Below are positions 8,323 through 18,615 of a DNA stretch of 64,000 bases, piece by piece. Below the pieces are notes generated by a model, which made no database searches, was not told the DNA's origin, and saw only the letters and a program-made list of their open reading frames with translations. How positions within the stretch are numbered: the first letter of the stretch is position 1; every line of letters starts with the position of its first letter. The stretch comes from Bdellovibrio sp. ZAP7 (GTDB lineage Bacteria; Bdellovibrionota; UBA1018; CAIMNF01), in the NCBI GenBank assembly GCA_945874535.1, contig CAMCGZ010000005.1, forward strand, positions 29,276 through 93,275, read 5' to 3'. The translations under genes and the position numbers were made by a program.

Positions 8323-9890
8323 TCGATCGTCGCGGGGGGCTTGGAGGTGATGTCATAGGTCACTCGATTGATACCCCGGACCTCGTTGCAAATCCGAGTC
8401 GAGACGCGCCCGAGAAATCCGAGATCGAACGGATAAAAATCCGCGGTCATTCCATCCTGGCTGGTGACTGCCCGGAGTGCCACGACTTGGGCATGGGTTC
8501 GACCGTCTCCCTGAACGCCGACGGTCTTCACCGGCAGCAAAACCGCCATGGCTTGCCAGATTTTGGGATACAGCCCTTCGTCCCGGAGCATCTGGATGAA
8601 AATCTCATCTGCGGCGCGAAGCAGGTCGGCATTCTCCTTGGTCACCTCTCCGATGATCCGGACCGCCAGTCCCGGCCCTGGAAATGGGTGACGGGAGATG
8701 AAGCTCTCCGGAACACCGAGTGTCCGTCCGATTTCCCTGACTTCATCTTTGAACAGGTCCCGGAATGGCTCGATGAGCTCGAAGCCGAGATCTTTCGGAA
8801 GTCCGCCCACATTGTGGTGGGACTTGATCGTGTGAGAGTGAGAGGCTCCTCCACCTGATTGAGGAGCCGGTGAGCTTTCGATCACATCCGGATACAGGGT
8901 GCCTTGTACCAGGAAGGAGGGTTTGACACCGATCAGGCTCTCGATCCCGGATGCAGCATCATCAAACACGCCAATGAATTCAGCTCCGATGATCTTACGT
9001 TTTTTTTCGGGATCCCCGACCCCGGCCAGCTTTTTCAAAAAGCGGTCTTCCGCATTCACCCGCATCACCGGCAAGTGCAGTCCTTCGGTGAAAAGCTTCA
9101 TCACCCGATCGCCTTCTTGAAAGCGGAGCAATCCGGTGTCGACAAATACGCAGTGAAGCCTGTCACCGATTGCACGATGAACCAGAGTGGCTGCCACGGT
9201 CGAATCCACCCCGCCCGAAAGGGCGCAGAGCACGTGGGCATTACCCGGTACTTGTGCCCGGATTTTTGCGACCTGCTCCTCGATCACGGAGCTCATCTTC
9301 CAATCGGCTTCGAGGCGTGCGCAGCCTTGCAAAAAATTTCGCAAGATTTGAATGCCATTCTCGGTGTGGGTCACCTCGGGATGCAATTGGAGTCCGTGCC
9401 AGGCACGAGTCTCGTGGGAGATTCCGGCAACCGCACCTTCGACGCTTTCCGCCGAGAGTCGGTAACCCATCGGGAGGCGTGTGGTCTCATCCCCGTGGGA
9501 CATCCAGGCTTCAAATTCACCGATGCCTGAGAACAAGGGAGAGTCCCCGAGGGTACGCACCTTCATCCGGCCATACTCGCGTTTGTGCGCCGGGCGGATC
9601 TCGCCTTGGCCATGCTGAACCATGAGTTGCATTCCGTAGCAAATCCCAAGCAGGGGAAGGTCCCCTTCGAGGATGTACTCGAAAAACCCAGAAGCCGGTT
9701 GCGGGCTTCCCGGTTCGTAGACTGAAGCAGGGCCTCCTGAGAGGATCACCGCGCCTGCGCCGAATTCTCGGATTCTGGAAAGGGGGGAGTTCCCAGGCAG
9801 TACAAAGGAATAGTATCCGAGCTCCCGCATCCTGCGGGCGATGAGCTGGGTGAACTGGGAGCCGAAATCGAGAATCAGGATCTTGTTCAT
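8313..9890 (-). CDS. guaA: GMP synthase (glutamine-hydrolysing)
   Basis: N-terminal GATase domain (ILILDFGSQFTQLIARR, ICYGMQ), PP-loop SGGVDS, and the canonical C-terminal ...PPATIEWE. Confidence 0.97.
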   Translation of the reverse strand: MNKILILDFGSQFTQLIARRMRELGYYSFVLPGNSPLSRIREFGAGAVILSGGPASVYEPGSPQPASGFFEYILEGDLPLLGICYGMQLMVQHGQGEIRPAHKREYGRMKVRTLGDSPLFSGIGEFEAWMSHGDETTRLPMGYRLSAESVEGAVAGISHETRAWHGLQLHPEVTHTENGIQILRNFLQGCARLEADWKMSSVIEEQVAKIRAQVPGNAHVLCALSGGVDSTVAATLVHRAIGDRLHCVFVDTGLLRFQEGDRVMKLFTEGLHLPVMRVNAEDRFLKKLAGVGDPEKKRKIIGAEFIGVFDDAASGIESLIGVKPSFLVQGTLYPDVIESSPAPQSGGGASHSHTIKSHHNVGGLPKDLGFELIEPFRDLFKDEVREIGRTLGVPESFISRHPFPGPGLAVRIIGEVTKENADLLRAADEIFIQMLRDEGLYPKIWQAMAVLLPVKTVGVQGDGRTHAQVVALRAVTSQDGMTADFYPFDLGFLGRVSTRICNEVRGINRVTYDITSKPPATIEWE

Positions 9891-9897
9891 GGGGTCC

Positions 9898-11379
9898 TCA
9901 GCTGTTGGTGCGGTAGTTCGGGGCTTCCTTGGTGATCACGATGTCGTGCGGATGTGATTCCGTCAGACCCGAATTCGAGATACGCACCATCTTGGCCTTC
10001 TGCCAGAGATCTTCGATCGAGGCAGCGCCCACATACCCCATGCCGGAACGGAGTCCGCCAATCATCTGGTGGATATTGAAGGAGAGGCTTCCACGGTAAG
10101 GTACCCGGCCCTCGATTCCCTCTGGAACGAGCTTGCCGGCGTCTTCGACACTGGCCTGGAAATAACGGTCCTTCGAGCCATGAGCTTGAGCCATTGCTCC
10201 GAGGGAGCCCATCCCCCGGTACATCTTGAAGGAGCGCCCCTGGAAGTGCAGGATCTCGCCCGGCGATTCGTCGGTGCCGGCGAAAAGTGATCCGATCATC
10301 ACCGCCGAAGCTCCGCAGGCCAGAGCCTTGGTGACATCGCCGGAAAGCTTGATTCCGCCATCAGCGATGATGGTAGCGCCTTTTTCCTTCGCCGCTTTCG
10401 CACACTCCTGGATGGCATAAAGTTGGGGGACGCCCACTCCAGAAACCACCCGGGTGGTGCAAATCGAGCCTGGCCCGATCCCGACTTTGACCACATTCGC
10501 TCCGGCATCCAGGAGCGCGAGAGTCCCTTCACGGGTCGCGACATTGCCTCCGATGATCTCGATCCGGTCGCCGTAGCGATCCCGGAAATGCTTCACTGCC
10601 GTGAGGACGCCCTTGGAGTGTCCGTGAGCGGAATCCACACACAGGAGATCCACGCCCGCTTCCACAAGAGCATCAGCCCGACGGAAGGCCTCTTCACCCA
10701 CGCCCACTGCTGCACCGACGACCAGGCGCCCGTAGCGGTCCTTGTTGGCTTGGGGATAGTCGCGTTGTTTTTGAATGTCTTTGATGGTGATCAAACCCTT
10801 CAGGTGGCCGCTCGCGTCCACTACCGGGAGTTTCTCGACCCGGTGTTTGCGGAGGATTTCTTTGGCCTCAACCAGGGTGGTTCCTTCCGGCGCGGTGATG
10901 AGTGGAGAGCGGGTCATCCGGCTGCCCACCGAAACGCTGAAGTCCTCTTCGAACCGGAGGTCGCGGTTGGTCAGGATGCCGATTAACAGCTTGCCCTGGG
11001 GCGTGGAGCGGGTGACCGGCACCCCCGAGATCTTGTAGGTTTCCATGAGCTCCCGGACCCGGGACAAGGGCTCGTCTTCGCCGATCGTCACGGGGTCGAG
11101 GATCATGCCCCATTCGCTCTTTTTCACTTTCTCGACCTCGAAGGCCTGATCCTGAATGGTGAGGTTCTTGTGTAGAATCCCGAGTCCACCCTCCTGAGCC
11201 ATCACGATCGCGGCCCGGCTCTCGGTCACGGTATCCATGGCTGCTGAAAGAATCGGGATGTTGAGAGTGATTTTGGGGGTGAATGCGACCCGGGTGGTCA
11301 CCTGTGAGGGGAGCACTTCCGAGTATCCGGGGAGCAAAAGCACGTCGTCGAAAGTCAGGGCTTCAATGGGAGAAAGCAT
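9898..11379 (-). CDS. guaB: IMP dehydrogenase
   Basis: [10 protein letters not shown]-terminus, CBS pair, catalytic loop [11 protein letters not shown]. Start set at ATG 11379 ([13 protein letters not shown]), preceded by GGAG; the track ORF extends to 11415. Confidence 0.97.
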   Translation of the reverse strand: MLSPIEALTFDDVLLLPGYSEVLPSQVTTRVAFTPKITLNIPILSAAMDTVTESRAAIVMAQEGGLGILHKNLTIQDQAFEVEKVKKSEWGMILDPVTIGEDEPLSRVRELMETYKISGVPVTRSTPQGKLLIGILTNRDLRFEEDFSVSVGSRMTRSPLITAPEGTTLVEAKEILRKHRVEKLPVVDASGHLKGLITIKDIQKQRDYPQANKDRYGRLVVGAAVGVGEEAFRRADALVEAGVDLLCVDSAHGHSKGVLTAVKHFRDRYGDRIEIIGGNVATREGTLALLDAGANVVKVGIGPGSICTTRVVSGVGVPQLYAIQECAKAAKEKGATIIADGGIKLSGDVTKALACGASAVMIGSLFAGTDESPGEILHFQGRSFKMYRGMGSLGAMAQAHGSKDRYFQASVEDAGKLVPEGIEGRVPYRGSLSFNIHQMIGGLRSGMGYVGAASIEDLWQKAKMVRISNSGLTESHPHDIVITKEAPNYRTNS

Positions 11380-11450
11380 AGGACTCCTTGGTGGGGGATC
11401 AGGTGGACTGGACACTAGCAGAAAAGTCCGGTTTTGTTAATCCGAAACCG

Positions 11451-11479
11451 TTGGAAAGAGGGGGGTGCGCGTGTATGCT
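11451..11479 (+). promoter_or_regulatory. Sigma-70-like promoter candidate TTGGAA-N17-TATGCT, 8 nt upstream of ATG 11488 (predicts leaderless mRNA)
   Basis: TTGGAA at 11451-11456 and TATGCT at 11474-11479. No SD precedes the mutase ATG. Confidence 0.45.
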
Positions 11480-11487
11480 GAGCCGGC

Positions 11488-13071
11488 ATGAAATCCTTCG
11501 TCACCCGCTCCAAGATTCCGGTCAAAGAAGTCTATGGTCCCGAGGATTTGCCGACCGATCTTGCCGGACGCTTGGCGAATCCGGGCCAATATCCGTTCAC
11601 CCGTGGTGTTCAAAAGACCATGTATCGCGGCAGGCTCTGGACCATGCGGCAATATGCCGGTTTCGGAACCGCAGAGGAATCCAATCGCAGGTATCATTAT
11701 CTGCTTTCCCAAGGCACGATGGGCCTTTCGGTCGCCTTCGACCTGCCGACTCAGCTCGGGTATGACCCCGACCATGCCCGGTCGAAGGGCGAGGTCGGAA
11801 AAGTCGGAGTCTCCATTTCCACGCTCGACGAGATGCGGACGCTTTTCAAAGGGATTCCTCTGGATCAGGTGTCCACCTCGATGACCATCAATGCGACCGC
11901 GCCGATCCTGCTCGCATTCTACACCGTACTTGCGGAAGAACAGGGTGCCAAGGTCGCGGAGCTCCGGGGAACCGTCCAGAACGATGTGCTCAAGGAATAC
12001 ATCGCCCGCGGGAATTACATCTATCCTCCGAAAGGTGCGCTACGGATCATCACCGACATGTTCGATTGGTGTTCGAAGAACACACCCAAATGGAACCCGA
12101 TCAGCATTTCCGGCTATCACATCCGGGAGGCCGGTTCGGATGCCATTCAGGAGTTGGCCTTCACCTTCGCGAATGCCATCGCCTATGTCGATTCGGCGGT
12201 CAAAGCCGGCCTCGACGTCGATGTCTTCGCTGGGCAACTCAGTTTCTTTTTCAACGTGCACAATGACTTCTTCGAAGAAATTGCGAAATTCCGTGCCGCG
12301 CGCCGCATTTGGGCGCGCCTCATGAAGGAACGTTTCGGAGCGAAAGATCCTCGTTCCCAGATGCTCCGCTTCCACTCCCAAACGGCGGGCTCGACTCTCA
12401 CGGCTCAGCAGCCCGAGAACAACGTGGTCCGGGTCGCAGTGCAGGCTCTCGCCTCTGTCCTGGGCGGAACCCAATCCCTCCACACCAATTCCATGGACGA
12501 AGCGCTCGCTCTCCCCAGTGAGTCGGCGGCTCTGATCGCGCTCCGGACCCAACAGGTGATCGCATCTGAAACGAATGTCACCCAGACCGTGGATCCGCTC
12601 GCAGGAAGTTACTTTGTGGAGTCCCTGACCGCACGGATCGAGGACGGGGTCTGGAAGTACCTCTCTGAGATCGAGGCCAAGGGTGGAACGGTTTCCTGCA
12701 TTGAAAGCGGCTACATCCAAAATGAGATTTTGAACTCGGCCTACGACGATCAGAAGCGAATGGATTCTAAAGAGCTCGAGGTGGTGGGTGTGAACGTCCA
12801 TCAGGAGAGCGGGTCCTCTAAAAAAATCGAGATCCTGAAGGTTCCAGCCGAACTCGAGGCAAAGGCCATCGAGCGCATCCGCGCCTACCGGGCCAAGCGT
12901 GCCGAAGGGCGGGCCCGCGATGCACTCCGTTCTCTTTCAGATGGAGCAAAGGGTGAAGCGAACCTCATGAGTCTCGTCCATCAATGCGTGAAGAGTGAAT
13001 GCACATTGGGCGAGATTTCGGACGCACTCCGCGGAGTGTTCGGTGAGTATCAGGAGTATTCGGGGTTCTGA
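11488..13071 (+). CDS. Methylmalonyl-CoA mutase family, catalytic (large, N-terminal TIM-barrel) subunit without B12-binding domain
   Basis: [23 protein letters not shown] and [17 protein letters not shown] motifs. The 527-aa protein ends before the cobalamin-binding domain. Confidence 0.9.
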   Translation: MKSFVTRSKIPVKEVYGPEDLPTDLAGRLANPGQYPFTRGVQKTMYRGRLWTMRQYAGFGTAEESNRRYHYLLSQGTMGLSVAFDLPTQLGYDPDHARSKGEVGKVGVSISTLDEMRTLFKGIPLDQVSTSMTINATAPILLAFYTVLAEEQGAKVAELRGTVQNDVLKEYIARGNYIYPPKGALRIITDMFDWCSKNTPKWNPISISGYHIREAGSDAIQELAFTFANAIAYVDSAVKAGLDVDVFAGQLSFFFNVHNDFFEEIAKFRAARRIWARLMKERFGAKDPRSQMLRFHSQTAGSTLTAQQPENNVVRVAVQALASVLGGTQSLHTNSMDEALALPSESAALIALRTQQVIASETNVTQTVDPLAGSYFVESLTARIEDGVWKYLSEIEAKGGTVSCIESGYIQNEILNSAYDDQKRMDSKELEVVGVNVHQESGSSKKIEILKVPAELEAKAIERIRAYRAKRAEGRARDALRSLSDGAKGEANLMSLVHQCVKSECTLGEISDALRGVFGEYQEYSGF

Positions 13072-13511
13072 TGAGCAAGCCGGGACCGAAACCGTTTTAT
13101 CATGAAGGCATCCGGTTCGAGTGCCAGGGGTCCGGCAAGTGTTGCACCTCGAGGGGGTCTTACGGGTACGTTTACCTCACGCTCGAAGACCGGAAGCGGT
13201 TTGCCGAATACTTCGGGCTTTCAACGGCACAATTCACGCAGCAGTACTGTAATTCGAAAGACGGACACGTTTTTTTGAAGGATCCTCCGGAGGCTTCCGG
13301 TGATTGCATCTTTCTGGAAGACGGGAATCGCTGCGGGACCTATGAAGCCCGTCCCGGGCAATGCCGGACCTGGCCTTTCTGGCCCGAAAATATGAAAGCC
13401 AAGATCTGGAGACGGGAGATCGCTTCTTTCTGTCCCGGAGTCGGCAAGGGCAAGCTCCACACACGGGAAGAGATCGAGGAGATCCTCAAGCGTTCCAGCT
13501 CTGAGGAGTGA
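13071..13511 (+). CDS. YkgJ-family (UPF0153) cysteine-cluster protein
   Basis: CxxxxxCC cluster ([12 protein letters not shown]) plus a distal CRTWPFWP motif. The start overlaps the mutase stop (TGATG). Confidence 0.7.
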   Translation: MSKPGPKPFYHEGIRFECQGSGKCCTSRGSYGYVYLTLEDRKRFAEYFGLSTAQFTQQYCNSKDGHVFLKDPPEASGDCIFLEDGNRCGTYEARPGQCRTWPFWPENMKAKIWRREIASFCPGVGKGKLHTREEIEEILKRSSSEE

Positions 13512-13824
13512 GCGGGGGGAGTCCGTAACGGGCTCTGGCCTGATCACAGCGCGGATTCGGCTCACCGTTTTCAAAGGAGGCAGTGAAGTCCCGACAGGGT
13601 GTCGGACGGCTTTCGTAAATCTTGCACGCCACGGCTTCACCCATAACTCCTCCGAGTGCGATGCACCGGGGACGTTCTGGATCCGGTTCGTGCTTCATGC
13701 ACGCACGGAAGTCGTTCAGTTTCTCGGTGTACTCTTCGGGAACAGGTTCGGCCCAATAGAAAGAAACCCGGAAAGTCCCGCAACAGGCTCCGCAGGTGAG
13801 GCAGGGGTGGGGATTCGGATTCAT
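13486..13824 (-). CDS. YkgJ-family (UPF0153) cysteine-cluster protein, second copy
   Basis: [15 protein letters not shown] and [14 protein letters not shown] motifs. Convergent with the first copy, overlapping it by 26 nt. Confidence 0.7.
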   Translation of the reverse strand: MNPNPHPCLTCGACCGTFRVSFYWAEPVPEEYTEKLNDFRACMKHEPDPERPRCIALGGVMGEAVACKIYESRPTPCRDFTASFENGEPNPRCDQARARYGLPPLTPQSWNA

Positions 13825-13827
13825 GAT

Positions 13828-14910
13828 TCAGCCGATGCGCTCACTGATGTAGCGAGCAGTTTCGGGTGTGCCGATCCGGGCGAGGCGCTCCTCCAGGCTC
13901 AGGGTGTGAGAGGCGAGGCGGATCCGTTGGCGTGCGGCACGGTTCCGCTCGACTGAGGGCCTCAACGCTTCAGATTTCATGCGTCCGTCCTTCAGGGCTT
14001 TCCGGATCGATTCCATGGCAATCAAAGCGGCCGACTCCGAGCGGTAACAGAGGATGTCGCAACCCGCTTCCAGTGCGCGGAGAGGTGCTTCCTCTGCGCC
14101 GTAGTTTTTGGTGATCGCGCCCATCTCCATGTCATCACTGGTGATGATACCGTTGTAGCCGATCTCCTCACGAAGATAACGTTTCAGAAAAGTCGGTGAA
14201 AGAGTCCCGGGATTCACCGGGTCGAGATGGGGTAGCAGAATGTGGGCACTCATCAAGAAGCGGCATCCCGCATGGATCGCTTCTCTGAAAGGATGCCACT
14301 CCCGCTCCCGCAAGGTCTCAAGGGGAGTGTGGACGGTCGGAAGTGACTCATGCGAATCGAGATGGGTGTCACCGTGTCCGGGGAAGTGTTTGATGCAGGC
14401 TTCGACTCCTTCTTCGAGATGGCCTCGCACAACAGCACTCGCGATCTTCGCGACGCGTTCGGGAGTCTCACCATAGGCACGATCCCCGATCACGGGGTTT
14501 GCAGGATTCGTATTCACATCACAAACCGGCGAGAAATTGAGTTGTAAACCCGCAGCGTGAAGTTCTTTTGCCTGAAGGCGTGTCAGTTCAAAAGCGAGCT
14601 CGGGAGAGTCCATTTCTCCGACTTTGCGGGCGGTCGGAAGGATCGTGAACCCACTCCGGAATCTTTGGACGCGTCCACCCTCCTGATCGACCGAGATCAG
14701 GGCGGGACTGGTGAGGCCGGCCTCCCGAGTTCTGGCCTGGATTTCGTCGGTCAATGCGACCAGCTGGCGGGGATCCTGATAGTTCTGCGCAAAAAGAATG
14801 AAGAGCGAGGGACGCTCGGTCCTGAGTGTTTTCAGTGTATCGGGTGAGAGAGTCGGGCCGGCAAAGCCCATCATGACCAACTCGGAAACGTCAAAATCAG
14901 CAGAATTCAT
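13828..14910 (-). CDS. nagZ: Beta-N-acetylhexosaminidase (GH3)
   Basis: GH3 motifs ISVDQEGGRVQR and KHFPGHGDT; the size (360 aa) is typical of NagZ. Confidence 0.88.
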   Translation of the reverse strand: MNSADFDVSELVMMGFAGPTLSPDTLKTLRTERPSLFILFAQNYQDPRQLVALTDEIQARTREAGLTSPALISVDQEGGRVQRFRSGFTILPTARKVGEMDSPELAFELTRLQAKELHAAGLQLNFSPVCDVNTNPANPVIGDRAYGETPERVAKIASAVVRGHLEEGVEACIKHFPGHGDTHLDSHESLPTVHTPLETLREREWHPFREAIHAGCRFLMSAHILLPHLDPVNPGTLSPTFLKRYLREEIGYNGIITSDDMEMGAITKNYGAEEAPLRALEAGCDILCYRSESAALIAMESIRKALKDGRMKSEALRPSVERNRAARQRIRLASHTLSLEERLARIGTPETARYISERIG

Positions 14911-14919
14911 GCCCTCAGT

Positions 14920-15681
14920 CTATTGAGGTTCTTCCCGGCTTAGCAAGTGGAATGAGGTCAGTGTCAGGGCCAGCGGAATTGCCGCCCAATACAGAATCCA
15001 AGGAGCCTCGATCAGGTAGTCTTTTCCTTGATGAAGCATCCGCCCCCAAGTCTCGTGCTCGGGTACTTGTTGAAGCCCGAGGAAGCTGAGAGAGGTTTCC
15101 AGAAGAATCAGCCTCAAGGCAAGAAATGGGAGAATGGCCCGGAGCATCCGGATGAGTTCTGGCTGATAGTGGCGGATCCAGAGATGGAGGGGGCCGGCTC
15201 CGAGTGCCTCGGCTGCCTGGATAAAGGGTTCGAACCTCAGGTGTCGGAGCTGGCTTTCAAAGAACCGCGTCAAAGTCGGAGCTGCCAGTAACAGGGCACC
15301 CAGCAAAAAGGGTCCTGCTCCGTCCGAGAAGAAAATTCCGAAGGCGAGCGCGATCAAGAATCCGGGAAGAGCACTCAGGAAATCCAAGCAGGATCTGAGC
15401 AAGAATTCCAGACGTGCATTCCGCAGCAGTGCGACCGAAGACAGTGCCAATGACAGCAGGATGCAAACGAGCGCCACCGGGATCATGATCCGGACGGATT
15501 GCCCCGCAGACAAGGCTACGAGATCCATGCAGGAGCGCCCGAAGGCATCGAAACCCGGGATGAGAGCGCGCTCCAAATGGTGGGTTTCAATCGCGTCCCG
15601 TTGGAAGGATGCGAGAACCGCGGCCAACCCCGAAATCGAGAGCCAACTCCATGCGATTGCCCGTACCGGATCGAGTTTCAT
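14920..15681 (-). CDS. ABC transporter permease (Dpp/Opp C-type)
   Basis: Multi-TM protein with binding-protein-dependent-transport composition. Start set at MKLDPVRAIAW, giving an ATGA overlap with the upstream permease stop. Confidence 0.7.
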   Translation of the reverse strand: MKLDPVRAIAWSWLSISGLAAVLASFQRDAIETHHLERALIPGFDAFGRSCMDLVALSAGQSVRIMIPVALVCILLSLALSSVALLRNARLEFLLRSCLDFLSALPGFLIALAFGIFFSDGAGPFLLGALLLAAPTLTRFFESQLRHLRFEPFIQAAEALGAGPLHLWIRHYQPELIRMLRAILPFLALRLILLETSLSFLGLQQVPEHETWGRMLHQGKDYLIEAPWILYWAAIPLALTLTSFHLLSREEPQ

Positions 15682-16511
15682 CCTTTTCTCGGCTCCCAGA
15701 TGTTTTGCAGCCAGATTCCGAGTTGCTGAGATACGAGGGTCAGGAGCGTGGCCAGCAGAATGCAGGCCTCGATCACCGGGTAATCTCTGCTCAGAATCGA
15801 GTCGGCGAGCAGACTGCCGAGACCTCTCCATTGAAAAAGCACCTCAACGATGAGGCTTCCATTCAACAGAGTGCCGAGTTGAGTTCCGAAGTAGAGCAGG
15901 AGCGACCCCGAGACCGGAGCGAGCAATGCCCGGAAGAATACCCGGTTTTCAGGAAACCCGAGCGCTCGGGCACCCGCCACCGGACTCATGGGCAGGAATC
16001 CATCCAACTTTTTCGAGATAGCGCGGTACCAGAATCCCGACAGGTGGAAGGAAAGCGTCAAAGCCGGAAGCCAGGGATTCGGGAGGGGGAGGTTCCTGAG
16101 AAGGAGGGGACCGATGACGAATAAGGGAAGTGAGGCCGACAGGATGGCGAATCCATGGGTGAATCGACGGAAATCAGGATGCCTGAAGTGAATGTAGGCC
16201 AGAGCGAGGGCCCAGGGAATGCTCAGTAGGAGAGTCAGGAGAGCCAGGGTTCCAGACTTGCCGAGGGACTCAGTGATCATTCGGATCAGAGGAGTTTGTT
16301 TGACGAGTGACTTTCCGGAGGGTGCCGAGAGAATCCTGTCCCACGGGGTGCCGTCCAGGTCCATTTTCGAGCGCAATTCAGCCGGGTCGATATTCACCAG
16401 CGATTCATGGATCAGAAAATCCACCGGATCCCCGGGCAACAGGTAGACGACCGTGCGCGAAACGGTCCACACCAAGGCACTCACGAGCAGGATCCGGATC
16501 AGGGCTCTCAT
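15678..16511 (-). CDS. ABC transporter permease (Dpp/Opp B-type)
   Basis: N-terminal MRALIRILLVSALVWTV...LPGDPV is typical of DppB/OppB permeases. ATGA overlaps at both ends. Confidence 0.72.
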   Translation of the reverse strand: MRALIRILLVSALVWTVSRTVVYLLPGDPVDFLIHESLVNIDPAELRSKMDLDGTPWDRILSAPSGKSLVKQTPLIRMITESLGKSGTLALLTLLLSIPWALALAYIHFRHPDFRRFTHGFAILSASLPLFVIGPLLLRNLPLPNPWLPALTLSFHLSGFWYRAISKKLDGFLPMSPVAGARALGFPENRVFFRALLAPVSGSLLLYFGTQLGTLLNGSLIVEVLFQWRGLGSLLADSILSRDYPVIEACILLATLLTLVSQQLGIWLQNIWEPRKG

Positions 16512-17239
16512 GGTTGGAGAGAGGCCTCCGCCTTTTCCCGGGTCGTCAAGAGCACCGTCCTTTTGAGTGCTGGAAGGTCGACTTTGATCGCATCTCCCTT
16601 GGGGGTCACCCACCAGATCGCCACAATCCGGTTGAATTCGATTCGCAACTTCCGGGTGTGGGTTTCCTTCGCGAATTCGTCCGGCTTCATTTCATAAGCA
16701 CTTCCCCGGTAGACCGGAATTTGATCGTCGACCTGGTCCTCGACGATCGATTGGAATTCGATGGGTTGGACTCCGGAGATCCGTTTGGCATTTTTATGGA
16801 TCCAAAGAGGGAAAAAAGAAGAAAAGAAAAGTTTCGGGACCATTTCGGCCCGGAGGGGGCGACTCTGGCGGATCCCCACTTTGGATTTGATCGAGAATAC
16901 CTTTCCGTTCCCCGAGACCGTCCCGTCGATCACCTTCTCTTCCCCGTTCACCTGAGTCCTGAAGTTGTAGAAGAGCGGTTCGAGGAGCGTTGAGTTTTTG
17001 GCGGTGGCCCCGAGGTTCTCGCTCCGGATGCGTTTGCCATCCCGGATCCACTTATTCACTTGAATTTTGGCACGGTCTCCCTTCGTTTCCGCTTTTTCGT
17101 TATAGTAGCTCTGTGGGATGCCGTCTTCCGACTCAATGTACCAATTGTCCCAAAGCAACTCGGCCCGGGCAGGAGCCAGGGGTAGGATCAGGGGGAGCTG
17201 CAGTGCAAACATCAGAAGCGCGCGGCGGGAAATTGACAT
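16508..17239 (-). CDS. Secreted protein of unknown function, first gene of the permease operon
   Basis: Signal peptide MSISRRALLMFALQLPLILPLAPARA. About 240 aa, far smaller than family-5 solute-binding proteins. No family recognised. Confidence 0.5.
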   Translation of the reverse strand: MSISRRALLMFALQLPLILPLAPARAELLWDNWYIESEDGIPQSYYNEKAETKGDRAKIQVNKWIRDGKRIRSENLGATAKNSTLLEPLFYNFRTQVNGEEKVIDGTVSGNGKVFSIKSKVGIRQSRPLRAEMVPKLFFSSFFPLWIHKNAKRISGVQPIEFQSIVEDQVDDQIPVYRGSAYEMKPDEFAKETHTRKLRIEFNRIVAIWWVTPKGDAIKVDLPALKRTVLLTTREKAEASLQP

Positions 17240-17326
17240 GAGTGCCTCCGGGGGCGGGGTTTCAGCCACAGGCTAACTCATTTCAGTTATTAAGGAAAGA
17301 TGCCGAAGAGCTGACGGGAGATGCAC

Positions 17327-18250
17327 ATGAATGCGTTGATCGAGTACCGCACATTGGTTCTGTATGCCGGCTACGCCCTGATCGGTTTGGCAACGTTCAT
17401 CCTCGGGAACATGTTGCTTTCCGAGCAGGAGAACATGAATGCGAGCGAGAATCTCCGTCAGCTCGACGGGAAGAAAACCTCGAACGACTTCGTCCGTCTC
17501 ACCCGTCCGTTTTTTTCGCAGTACATTGTTCCCGCCATCCGGAGCAAATCCCGATTTGATGAAGCAAGGCTGAAATACAGGCGTAAAATCATCAGCGGCG
17601 GTCTCAAGGATGAACTCACTGCCGACGAATTCATCGCGTTCAAGATCATGCTCGTGATGATTTTTCCAATTGTGGGTGGTTTTGTCCGTGCTCTCGATCT
17701 CGCGGACATCCCGAACTATGTGATGCTCTTCCTTCCTGTCATCGGCTACTTCTATCCAGATTTCTGGGTGAATGGCCGGATCAAGGTCCGTCACGGTCAA
17801 GTGATCAAATCCATGCCCTTCGTGGTGGATCTGCTCGCATTGTCCACCGAGGCAGGCCTCGACTTCATCGGTGCAATCCAGAAAGTGGTCGAGAAGGCCA
17901 CGCCCGGACCGTTCATAGACGAAATGGAACAGGTCTTGAAAGAGATCAAAGTCGGTTCTTCGCGTTCCGAGGCACTCCGTGAAATGGCCTTCCGGATCAA
18001 CCTACAGGAGGTCAATTCCTTCGTCGCGGTCTTGTGCTCCGCCGATCAAATGGGGGCCTCGATCGGAAAGGTCCTCCGCCAGCAATCGGATCAGATCCGG
18101 ACATTGCGTTTCGTCCGGGCCGAGAAAGCCGGTGCGCTTGCCACTCAAAAGTTGATGTTCCCGACATTCGCTCTGATCCTTCCGGCGATTCTGATCATGA
18201 TGCTGATGCCGTTCGGTTTACAAGCCTATATGAACGGGGGAGGCGGCTGA
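17327..18250 (+). CDS. tadC: Type II secretion system F-family inner-membrane protein (TadC-like)
   Basis: T2SSF-domain sequence PFVVDLLALSTEAGLDFIGAIQKVVEK...SEALREMA and C-terminal TM helices. ATG 17327 has GGGAG 6 nt upstream; the track start is 17321. Confidence 0.8.
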   Translation: MNALIEYRTLVLYAGYALIGLATFILGNMLLSEQENMNASENLRQLDGKKTSNDFVRLTRPFFSQYIVPAIRSKSRFDEARLKYRRKIISGGLKDELTADEFIAFKIMLVMIFPIVGGFVRALDLADIPNYVMLFLPVIGYFYPDFWVNGRIKVRHGQVIKSMPFVVDLLALSTEAGLDFIGAIQKVVEKATPGPFIDEMEQVLKEIKVGSSRSEALREMAFRINLQEVNSFVAVLCSADQMGASIGKVLRQQSDQIRTLRFVRAEKAGALATQKLMFPTFALILPAILIMMLMPFGLQAYMNGGGG

Positions 18251-18615
18251 TGCGCGAACTCCGGATCGTCCGCCAGCAGGATGGAGTGGTGGTGGCCCAC
18301 CGGGCCCGCGTCGCGGACGGTTTTATGAGTCGTTTGAGAGGATTGATCGGGATCACCGAGTTTCCGGAAGGGGAAGGCTTGCTTTTTCCCCGTTGCAACA
18401 ACATCCACATGTGGATGATGAGCATCCCGATTGATGCGGTCTTTCTCGGAAAGTGCGATTCCGGCTGGAAGGTGATGAGTACTCACCCCTGTTTGAAACC
18501 CTGGAAAATCCTTCCTGTCGGGAACGCGAAAGCCGAGGACGTGCTCGAGCTTCCGGTTGGAACGGTCGATCGACTCAAACTCCGTAACGGGGAGGTGCTA
18601 TGCATCGTCTCGTGA
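18250..18615 (+). CDS. DUF192-domain protein
   Basis: The pattern GFMSRLRGLIG...GLLFPRCNNIHMWMMSIPIDAVFL...VLELPVG matches the DUF192 (COG1430) signature. ATG 18250 overlaps the tadC stop (TGATG); the track ORF's N-terminal extension to 18034 lies inside tadC. Confidence 0.7.
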   Translation: MRELRIVRQQDGVVVAHRARVADGFMSRLRGLIGITEFPEGEGLLFPRCNNIHMWMMSIPIDAVFLGKCDSGWKVMSTHPCLKPWKILPVGNAKAEDVLELPVGTVDRLKLRNGEVLCIVS

